From: an uncultured bacterium
GTDB lineage: Bacteria; Fidelibacterota; Marinisomatia; Marinisomatales; AB-629-J13
Assembly (NCBI GenBank): GCA_964489755.1
Contig: CAZBBE010000002.1
Location: forward strand, 1-36,479
DNA: 36,479 nucleotides
Reading direction: 5' to 3'
Under the pieces are notes generated by a model. That model was not told where the DNA came from and made no database searches. It worked only from the letters and a program-made list of their open reading frames with translations. Position numbers and translations under genes: made by a program. Below are positions 28,513 to 36,418 of the stretch, piece after piece (positions within the stretch are counted from its first letter, which is position 1; every line of letters starts with the position of its first letter).

Positions 28513-29679
28513 ATGAATCATTTGAAAAATAAGAGCGGATTGGTCTTTACTCTCATCGTTTCAGGGTTATTTTTCTCCTGTACGGGTTCGGAAAAACGAG
28601 ACCTTAAGGGAACCCTATCTTTTGTCTTATCTGCTAATGTTAGGGCCCAATTCGACCCCTGCGGCTGAAAGAATAACCCTCTTGGCGGTCTGCCAAGAAA
28701 ATTAACATATATTAATGGGTTGAGAGAGCAGGGAAAAGATCCGGTAATTCTGGATGCAGGAGAGGTGTTGTTCACGTCGCCCCTTGTGTTGGATAACACT
28801 CGGTCTGCTGATGAATATAAAGCGAAAAATATCATCAAAGGGTATGAGGAGATTGGGTGTGATGCAATCAATATTGGAGGATATGAACTTGCTGGAGGCG
28901 TTAAATTTTTACAGAGCATAATGGATGCAACGGATATTCCATTTATTTCTGCAAATCTTCGTATTAAATCTACCGGAAAATTATTTACTGACCCATATGT
29001 GATTGTTGACCGTGAACCTTTCAGAATCGGCATCATTGGACTTACAAATCTTCTGAAGGATGGAAACAAGTATATCGTAATGGATGACATATATGATTCA
29101 GGGAAGAAATACATGAAGGAAATCCGGAGAAAAGCTGATTTAGTGGTCATACTGGTGAATGCTGACAAAAAAGAAAAACAGGTTTTGCAGGATGAGTTCA
29201 GGGATGCGGATTACATTGTGATGAGCAGGGATATATCTAGGACAAAACAGGGACAACCTCCGGCGAAAAATTTGCCACCAATTTATTGTCCCGGAAAGCA
29301 GGGGAAATACATGGCATTTATGGAAATGGACATTACTCACATTGACTCACCACACGTGGATGTCAGCTATTATAACAAGCAGATACAGACTTCTGAACGG
29401 CGGATTGCAAACTATCAAAAGAGGAACCCTGAGATACCTCTCAAAGAATTATATACGGAAAACCAAGCTATTTATAGTCAAATTGTGACCTTGGAAAAGC
29501 AAATGCTGGATGCCAAAAACACAATAGCCAATGCGAATAACAAGATAGAATTTGAACTGATCCCAATGAGCAGGAAGATCCCGGATGACCCGAAAATGCT
29601 TACATTTGTTGACGATATTTTATCAAAGGATAAACAATTAAGGGACAACTCTTTTTCACCTATTATTAAGAAGAAATGA
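28513..29679 (+). CDS. Predicted selenocysteine-containing lipoprotein (Sec52 encoded by TGA 28666-28668; C-G-U motif) with a degenerate 5'-nucleotidase/metallophosphatase-like N-domain
   Basis: ATG 28513 is in the same frame as listed ORF 28720-29679, with only one stop (TGA) between them. Signal peptide plus lipobox LFFSC lie upstream of the TGA. SECIS-like hairpin 11 nt downstream. The domain similarity spans the TGA. selA/selB are in the window. Confidence 0.75.
28666..28698 (+). promoter_or_regulatory. UGA(Sec) codon plus bacterial SECIS-like hairpin
   Basis: UGA, then an 11-nt spacer (AAGAAUAACCC), then stem U-CUUGGC (28680-28686) / GCCAAG-A (28692-28698) with apical loop GGUCU (28687-28691). 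Spacing and the G/U-containing loop resemble the E. coli fdhF SECIS. Confidence 0.7.
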
Positions 29680-30164
29680 CCATCGATTCCCCCCTGCGCC
29701 AAAGTGTGTTTATTCTAACCATTTCATCTATTTTTTCTATTGGCTATAATACCATACGTTTGGACAGTCTTGACCTCATCTATGAAAAGCCGGCGGACGC
29801 AGGAATTAGTAAACTTGACTCTCTTCTTGCTGCTGAGACCATTTTGGTTGCACCGGTTATGGTTGACCTTGAACTGGCGAAAAAGATGTACGACCTTGGT
29901 ATTATGTTTGTAGATGCACGGGATAAAGATGAATACGATGAAAGTCATATCACAGGGGCTATTCTTGAACCTACCATTGCAGGTGAATTAACAAAGAATT
30001 TTCCTCCAGACAAACCACTCATCACCTATTGTAGCGGGGGACACTGTGACTTGAGTTTTGAACTTGCAATGGAACTTATGGAAGAATGGAATTATGAAAA
30101 AGTGTTCGTCTATGAAGGGGGACTTCCGGAATGGGAAGAAGCTGGGTATCCGGTGCACAGGTAA
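29676..30164 (+). CDS. Membrane-anchored single-domain rhodanese-like sulfurtransferase
   Basis: N-terminal TM (VFILTISSIFSIGYNTI). Rhodanese domain FVDARDKDEYDESHI.GA, active-site loop YCSGGHCDLS, GG...W..AGYPV. ATGA overlap with the preceding selenoprotein gene. Confidence 0.85.
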   Translation: MTIDSPLRQSVFILTISSIFSIGYNTIRLDSLDLIYEKPADAGISKLDSLLAAETILVAPVMVDLELAKKMYDLGIMFVDARDKDEYDESHITGAILEPTIAGELTKNFPPDKPLITYCSGGHCDLSFELAMELMEEWNYEKVFVYEGGLPEWEEAGYPVHR

Positions 30165-30166
30165 GA

Positions 30167-30610
30167 ATGAATTATTTGCAAAACAAATGGATTTCTCTGG
30201 TATTCCGTCTCTTTTTAGGTGCGATGTTCATGTATGCCAGTTTGGATAAAATCAATGATCCAGAAACATTTTCAGGTGACATAAGAGCCTATCAAATTGT
30301 TCCGTTTGGATTGGAAAATTCTGTGGCTATCATTCTACCGTGGTTAGAACTATTGATTGGCATTGGCCTAGTTATCGGAGTTATGGTTGATGGTTCCGCT
30401 CTCATATCTATGGGTTTACTGGTGGTATTTATTATAGCTATCAGTTCTGCAATTTTACGAGGATATAACATTGATTGTGGATGTGGATTAAAAGAAGGGG
30501 AAGTAGTGGGTACCCAAAAATTGCTGGAAAATACTATTTTCTTTTTAATGGGATTGTTCATTATAAACAGACCCTCAACATTGTATGAAATTTTTCCTAA
30601 ATCGGATTGA
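30167..30610 (+). CDS. MauE/DoxX-family redox-associated membrane protein
   Basis: About 4 TM segments. RLFLGAMFMYASLDKI.DP..F...I.AY.I.P, LPWLELLIG and the family-typical G..IDCGCG motif. ATG 30167 lies 2 nt after the rhodanese stop; the ORF track starts it at 30131. Confidence 0.8.
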   Translation: MNYLQNKWISLVFRLFLGAMFMYASLDKINDPETFSGDIRAYQIVPFGLENSVAIILPWLELLIGIGLVIGVMVDGSALISMGLLVVFIIAISSAILRGYNIDCGCGLKEGEVVGTQKLLENTIFFLMGLFIINRPSTLYEIFPKSD

Positions 30611-30648
30611 CCAGAAGTAAATAAGACTTTAACTTTGGTCCCTAATTT

Positions 30649-30721
<73 letters not shown>

Positions 30722-30761
30722 CAATGCTCTGAATGGTGCATTTGTATTTTCATTTATACTG

Positions 30762-32849
30762 ATGTTTAAACAACCCTCAAACCAGATACTCGTGAAATAC
30801 CTTATATTTTCCATTATTTTATTTCTCTTTTCCAGCTGTTCACAAGAAGGGAAAAATCCGATCTTAATGTCAAGAGAAGAACCAATCAATTTTTCTTTGA
30901 CAACTGCTGATCACATTCTGGATGCCACGGATCATGTCCTTTATAAGGCAAATAGAATATTGAAAAATATTTATAAAATTGGACCATCCCAAAAATCATT
31001 TAAAAACACACTTCTTCCATTAGACGATATGGGCAATATTATTGAAAATGTATGGAGTCCTGTCAGTCTGCTGGCATTTACTCACCCAGATAATGGCATA
31101 AGGGATGCAGGGCTCAAAGCCAGTCAGAAAATTGAGGAATTTCTCAATTCTATTTCAGTGGATGAAAAACTGTATAATGCAATTGATGTTTTTTCTAAAA
31201 ATGCCAATGGAAAAATGCTTTCAGGTTTGGAGAAGAAATTTTTAGTCGAAACACTTAGGGATTTTAACCGTAGTGGTTTTGGTCATGGTGAAAGAGTGCG
31301 AAATCGAGTAAAAACCATTTTAGATCAATTAACTTCTTTAGGCTTGAAATTTGAAAAAAATATATCAGAATCCAAAGATACACTATTTCTAAAGGAACAC
31401 CATATGGTGGGACTCTCTGAAGATTATTGTGAAAATCGAAAAAAAGAAAACGGTATTTATACGATTGATCTGTCTTACCCAAGTTATTTACCATTTATGA
31501 AATATGCAGAATCCGACAGTGCCAGGAAAGCTCTTCGTTTTATGTATTGGAATCGTGCATCGGATAAAAATCTTTCGATCTTGGATTCGTTAATTCTTAT
31601 TAGAAATCAATTAGCTGAAATATTGGATTATCCCTCATATGCGGATTACGCTACAGAAATATTGATGTCGGAAAATGCAAACCGTGTTTGGGAATTTGAG
31701 AAATCCCTACATGAAATGATTATGCCAAAGGCTTTGGATGATTACAATAGAATGCTGGAAATGAAATCTCATGAAACCGGAAGATATGAATCAGTGATTG
31801 AATCTTGGGAATATGATCGATATGAACATTTACTGAAACTGAAACAGTTCCGTTTGGATAGCAAAAAGATCAGCGAATATTTTGAATTAACTGGGGTAAT
31901 AAACGGATTATTTGAAATTTGCACCCAATTGTTTGGAATTGAATTCAGTCAGATTGATAATCCATCTGTCTGGCATGAAGAAGTGACCCTATATGAGGTT
32001 TATGAGAAAGCTGACAGTATTTTAATAGGAAGGTTTTATCTGGATTTATTTCCCCGGGCTGACAAATATTCCCATGCTGCAGCTTTTAGTGTCACCATGG
32101 GTAAACTATTGGAGAACGAATACCAGATACCTGCAACAGCATTGGTATGCAATTTTCCTCCTCCACAGAATGGAAAACCCTCTCTTTTACCCCATGAGGA
32201 TGTGGAAACATTTTTCCACGAATTCGGGCATTTACTACATGATATACTGACCGTGTCTCCCTTACAATATTATTCTGGGACCAGTGTTTTACAGGATTTT
32301 GTGGAGGCTCCATCCCAAATCCTGGAGAATTGGGTTTGGGAAAAGGAGATTTTAAAATTGTTTGCCCATCATTATGAAACAGGAGAAGTGATTCCTGACA
32401 GATTAGTCAATAAAATGATTGCGGCGAAAAATGTGAATTCAGGTCTTAACACGCTACAGCAAATATTTTACGGTGTTTATGATTTCACTCTTCATGATGA
32501 ATTTGATCCTTTTGGAGAATTTAATACAACAGATCTTGCTGAATTACTACAGAACGAAATCACTTTATATCCCTATCTTGATGGAACTCACATGCAAGCG
32601 TCATTTGGTCATTTGGTAGGATATGAAGCAGCATATTATGGTTATTTATGGTCTAAAGTGTATGCTCAGGATATGTATTCAGTTTTTAAGAAAAATGGCA
32701 TTCTTGACCCGGAGACAGGCAGACGATTTCGAAAAGTAATTTTTGAACCAGGAGGAACGGTTCATCCTAAATTCCTGATTCAAGAGTTTTTAGGAAGGGA
32801 ACCAAACATGGATGCATTTTTGACCAGTCTGGGAATCCAGCCAAATTGA
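30762..32849 (+). CDS. M3-family zinc metallo-oligopeptidase (thimet oligopeptidase/Dcp-like), probable lipoprotein
   Basis: HEFGHLLH zinc motif with a downstream E (FVEAPSQ). About 695 aa, typical of M3A. N-terminal signal with lipobox LFSSC. Confidence 0.88.
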   Translation: MFKQPSNQILVKYLIFSIILFLFSSCSQEGKNPILMSREEPINFSLTTADHILDATDHVLYKANRILKNIYKIGPSQKSFKNTLLPLDDMGNIIENVWSPVSLLAFTHPDNGIRDAGLKASQKIEEFLNSISVDEKLYNAIDVFSKNANGKMLSGLEKKFLVETLRDFNRSGFGHGERVRNRVKTILDQLTSLGLKFEKNISESKDTLFLKEHHMVGLSEDYCENRKKENGIYTIDLSYPSYLPFMKYAESDSARKALRFMYWNRASDKNLSILDSLILIRNQLAEILDYPSYADYATEILMSENANRVWEFEKSLHEMIMPKALDDYNRMLEMKSHETGRYESVIESWEYDRYEHLLKLKQFRLDSKKISEYFELTGVINGLFEICTQLFGIEFSQIDNPSVWHEEVTLYEVYEKADSILIGRFYLDLFPRADKYSHAAAFSVTMGKLLENEYQIPATALVCNFPPPQNGKPSLLPHEDVETFFHEFGHLLHDILTVSPLQYYSGTSVLQDFVEAPSQILENWVWEKEILKLFAHHYETGEVIPDRLVNKMIAAKNVNSGLNTLQQIFYGVYDFTLHDEFDPFGEFNTTDLAELLQNEITLYPYLDGTHMQASFGHLVGYEAAYYGYLWSKVYAQDMYSVFKKNGILDPETGRRFRKVIFEPGGTVHPKFLIQEFLGREPNMDAFLTSLGIQPN

Positions 32850-32878
32850 TTTAACTAAAGCAACGGAGAGAAAAATAA

Positions 32879-35797
32879 ATGAAAAATGGTTCTTCAAAAC
32901 ATGGATTTAGACAGATTAGTGAAAGGGAGATAAAAGAAATATCATCTTTTTCCCGACGGTTTATCCATGAACAGAGTGGAGCTGAACTGCTTCACTTTGA
33001 AAATACAGATAAAAATAAAGTGTTTGTTGCAGGATTTAAAACTCCTCCGGATAATAGTTACGGAATACCTCATATTTTAGAACATTGTGTTTTAAATGGG
33101 TCTAGAAAATTCCATTGTAAAGAACCTTTTGTTGAATTGCTGAAAGGTTCCATGCAAACATTTACAAATGCTATGACCTATCCTGATAAAACAGTGTATC
33201 CGGTTGCCAGTACCAATGATCAGGATTTTTTCAATTTAATGGATGTGTATATGGATGCAGTGTTTTTCCCAAATATTTATTCAAATCCTGATATTTTCAG
33301 ACAGGAGGGGTGGCACTATGAGTTGAGTGGACCAGAAGAAGATCTGAATATAAAAGGTGTCGTTTATAACGAAATGGAAGGAGCATTTTCATCCCCTGAA
33401 CAGGTTCTATTTCGCTCCATCAGACAAAACCTTCTCCCGGACACAATTTATTCAAATGAGTCCGGGGGAGACCCTGATGTTATTCCAAATTTGACCTACG
33501 AAGATTTTATTGCATTTCATAAAAAATATTATCATCCTTCAAATTGTAAAATTCTGTTATATGGTGACGGGAAAATCGAAGAACAATTGGCCTTTTTAAA
33601 TGAAGGATACCTTGACCAGTTTCAACGGAGGGAGATGAACCATGGTTCATGGGTTCAGCGAAATATTCAAGAAAAGAAATCTGTTGAATTAGTTTACCCC
33701 TTATCTGAGGAAGAATCTGAGAAAGGCAAAGCATATCTGAATCTCAGTTTTGTCACAGGAAGCTATTTGGACCCGAAAACAATTTTAGGATTAGAAATTC
33801 TCAATCATATTCTATTGGGAACTCCTGCGGCACCTCTAAAAAATGCATTATTAAAAGCTAAAATAGGAAAGGATATATTTGGACAGTTTGATGAAGAATT
33901 ATTACAACCGATTTTCTCCATTACTGTTAAACATACTGACCCGGATAAAAGAGGTGAATTTGAGAAAATTATTATGGATACTCTCGCTTCATTAGTAGAC
34001 AAAGGATTGAATGAAAAGGTTGTTAGGGCATCAGTGAATATTAAGGAATTTGAATTGAGAGAGGCAGAATTTGGAGGTTTTCCAAAGGGCTTAGTTTTTA
34101 CACTTACAGCACTATCACACTGGATGTATTCTGAAAAGCCTATTGAAATCCTGGAATTTGAAACACCTTTGAAGACAATAAAGGAGAATGTGAAAAAGGG
34201 ATATTTTGAGGCCCTGATACGAAATCATTTATTAGACAATCACCATAAGATCACCGTCACATTGCTCCCGGAAAAGGGACTCACAGAAAAAAGGGTTCAA
34301 GAGAAAGAGGCCCATCTTGAAAGATTCAAATCTGAATTGACACAAGATGAAATTAATACCTATGTAGAAAAAACAAAAACATTACTGGAAAGGCAAATCA
34401 CCGAAGATTCTGAAGAGGATTTGAAAACTATTCCTCTGCTCAATTTATCGGATTTGAATAAAAGGGCGGAGAGGATCTCTTTAATTCACGATGAGGTAGA
34501 GAGTACTCTGACTCTTCTTCACACAGGGGAAACAAGGGGAATTGGTTATCTGAAATACTTTTTTGATACAACGATCGTCCCACAGGAACAATTATCCTAT
34601 CTATCCCTCCTTATCTCTCTATTAGGTAAGGTAAATACAACCAATTATTCCTATGGTGAGTTATCAAATGAAATCCTGTTTCATACAGGGGGAATCGGAT
34701 TTTCTCTGGATACTTTTCAACCGATGAATAGTGAAGAATTTCACCCGAAATTGACTGTTTCCACAAAAGCATTGAATCCCAAAATCCCTGAGTCCAACAG
34801 GCTGATAACAGAAATTATGTCGCAGACAAAATTTGACGACAGGGAAAGAATTAGGGAAATTATTCAGGAATTAAAATCCCGCATGGAAATGATAATAATG
34901 AATTCCGGACACCAGGTGGCTTCAATGCGCTTATTATCTTATCTCAGTTCAATGGGAATGTACCATGAAATAACGGGAGGGCTTGAGTTTTACCGCTTTG
35001 TTTCACGACTTGATAAAGATTTTGATGGTCAATTTGACAGTATTAAAGTAATACTTGAAAATATTTTAGTATCGCTCTATAATAAAAGGGATTTAGTTGT
35101 TGGAATGACAACAGAAAATGATAAGATAAGCAGATTGAAATTAAATTTGAAAGATTTTATTTCAAATGTTCCGGATAATAAATTTACTATGAGTCCATTA
35201 CAATTTTCACCGAAAATTCGAAATGAAGGTCTGGCAACACCCACACGGGTACAGTATGTAGCACAGGGATATAATTTCAGAAAATTGGGATTTCAATATT
35301 CCGGAGCATTGACCGTCTTCAGCAGGATAGCGGGGTTAGATTATTTATGGAATAAAGTGAGAGTTCAGGGTGGGGCATACGGTTCGTTTGTCTCCCTGGG
35401 AAGAAATGGAGATACGGTCTTTTCTTCCTATCGTGACCCTAATTTAAAGAAGACACTAAAGGCTTTTCATGGGATTAAGGAATATTTAGCCCAATTTAAT
35501 CCAACGGATCGGGAAATGCGAAAATATATAATCGGTTCTGTCTCTGCTCTGGATAAACCTTTAACACCGCTCATGAAAGGGTCTATTGGGACCGCCCGTT
35601 TCTTTAAGAAAATTGATGAAAAATTAATTCAGGCTCACCGAGAAGAAGTCATGGGGGCAAAACCGGAACATATTCGTGATATCGCAGAATTGGTTGAGGT
35701 CGTTTTGGATAAGAAAGTGATCTGTGTGGTGGGAAACGAAGGGAAACTTCAGGAAGAGGAATCAATTTTTGGAGAGATCGTCCCCGTTTTTAATTGA
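32879..35797 (+). CDS. M16C-family (PreP/Cym1-like, insulinase-type) zinc metalloprotease
   Basis: Inverted zinc motif HILEHCVLNGS.KF near the N-terminus and NAMTYPD.T.YP. About 970 aa, typical of presequence-protease-like M16C enzymes. Confidence 0.88.
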   Translation: MKNGSSKHGFRQISEREIKEISSFSRRFIHEQSGAELLHFENTDKNKVFVAGFKTPPDNSYGIPHILEHCVLNGSRKFHCKEPFVELLKGSMQTFTNAMTYPDKTVYPVASTNDQDFFNLMDVYMDAVFFPNIYSNPDIFRQEGWHYELSGPEEDLNIKGVVYNEMEGAFSSPEQVLFRSIRQNLLPDTIYSNESGGDPDVIPNLTYEDFIAFHKKYYHPSNCKILLYGDGKIEEQLAFLNEGYLDQFQRREMNHGSWVQRNIQEKKSVELVYPLSEEESEKGKAYLNLSFVTGSYLDPKTILGLEILNHILLGTPAAPLKNALLKAKIGKDIFGQFDEELLQPIFSITVKHTDPDKRGEFEKIIMDTLASLVDKGLNEKVVRASVNIKEFELREAEFGGFPKGLVFTLTALSHWMYSEKPIEILEFETPLKTIKENVKKGYFEALIRNHLLDNHHKITVTLLPEKGLTEKRVQEKEAHLERFKSELTQDEINTYVEKTKTLLERQITEDSEEDLKTIPLLNLSDLNKRAERISLIHDEVESTLTLLHTGETRGIGYLKYFFDTTIVPQEQLSYLSLLISLLGKVNTTNYSYGELSNEILFHTGGIGFSLDTFQPMNSEEFHPKLTVSTKALNPKIPESNRLITEIMSQTKFDDRERIREIIQELKSRMEMIIMNSGHQVASMRLLSYLSSMGMYHEITGGLEFYRFVSRLDKDFDGQFDSIKVILENILVSLYNKRDLVVGMTTENDKISRLKLNLKDFISNVPDNKFTMSPLQFSPKIRNEGLATPTRVQYVAQGYNFRKLGFQYSGALTVFSRIAGLDYLWNKVRVQGGAYGSFVSLGRNGDTVFSSYRDPNLKKTLKAFHGIKEYLAQFNPTDREMRKYIIGSVSALDKPLTPLMKGSIGTARFFKKIDEKLIQAHREEVMGAKPEHIRDIAELVEVVLDKKVICVVGNEGKLQEEESIFGEIVPVFN

Positions 35798-36025
35798 ATA
35801 TGATCCTTCTAAAACCTCCGGATTTTTAAAAAGATCGAGGTCGAATATGATGGAAGCAATCTCTTGTGCTGTATCATCATCAGAAAGTCCTGATGATTTT
35901 AAAGCTAACCAAGCATCCGATAATATGTTTAGATCTTTGTCATTATTGAATATTTCATCGAGAAAAACTGCTGGAACTTCAAAATCCCGGAGACGCTGAT
36001 ACATGTTTAATTTTTCCAGCTTCAT
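35762..36025 (-). CDS. Hypothetical small acidic protein (87 aa)
   Basis: The only plausible minus-strand ORF in the window. It fills an otherwise non-coding gap of about 340 nt. Protein-like composition with no recognisable motif. Its 3' end overlaps the convergent M16 gene by 36 nt. Confidence 0.35.
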   Translation of the reverse strand: MKLEKLNMYQRLRDFEVPAVFLDEIFNNDKDLNILSDAWLALKSSGLSDDDTAQEIASIIFDLDLFKNPEVLEGSYSIKNGDDLSKN

Positions 36026-36136
36026 TAGTAAAATTACTGTGATAAAGAATTAGATAAAATAATTATGTGAATTTTGTATGAATAGAAAAACGAAATGTAA
36101 ATTTAGTCTCTTCATTTTTAGTTTATCTATTGAATT

Positions 36137-36210
36137 GGCGTCGTACCCAAGTGGCTTAAGGGGGCGGTTTGCAAAACCGTTATTCACCGGTTCGAATCCG
36201 GTCGACGCCT
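36137..36210 (+). tRNA. tRNA-Cys (anticodon GCA)
   Basis: Acceptor GGCGTCG/CGACGCC, discriminator T (U73 Cys identity), A13-A22 mismatch in the D stem as in E. coli tRNA-Cys, anticodon loop TT-GCA-AA, T-loop TTCGAAT. Confidence 0.9.
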
Positions 36211-36225
36211 CTCTATATTATTGAT

Positions 36226-36310
36226 GCCCGGGTGGTGGAATTGGTAGACACAAGGGACTTAAAATCCCTCGGATGTATAATCCGTGACGGTTCGAGTCCG
36301 TCCCCGGGTA
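36226..36310 (+). tRNA. tRNA-Leu (anticodon TAA)
   Basis: Acceptor GCCCGGG/CCCGGGT, anticodon stem AGGGA/TCCCT with loop CT-TAA-AA, long variable arm (CGGAT-GTATA-ATCCG), T-arm GACGG-TTCGAGT-CCGTC, discriminator A. Confidence 0.92.
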
Positions 36311-36418
36311 CTTTCTAAAATACCCACTCATCTTGTTTTAGCAGTAGTAGAGTTTGTGCAGAATATGAAAATGGTGTTTTTGAAATAGTTTTTTTAAAAA
36401 AATAATAAGGATATATTA

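Noticed and set aside
28518-29168. 216-aa minus-strand ORF antisense to the selenoprotein gene
   Set aside because: It lies entirely inside, and antisense to, a + strand gene with clear domain similarity. Its translation is low-complexity and S/F/P-rich with no motif. This is a typical shadow ORF.
30030-30050. Rhodanese active-site cysteines as possible Sec positions
   Set aside because: Both are encoded by TGT (YCSGGHC). There is no in-frame TGA in this gene.
35724-35999. 91-aa plus-strand ORF overlapping the end of the M16 gene
   Set aside because: It is out of frame with the strongly supported M16 C-terminus over its first 74 nt. It is basic, S/R-rich and low-complexity. The minus-strand alternative looks more protein-like, though it is also weak.
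36137-36210. Possibility that this tRNA is tRNA-Sec (selC), given selA/selB in the window
   Set aside because: The anticodon is GCA, not UCA. It has a normal 7-bp acceptor stem, a short 5-nt variable loop and U73, so it is an ordinary tRNA-Cys.
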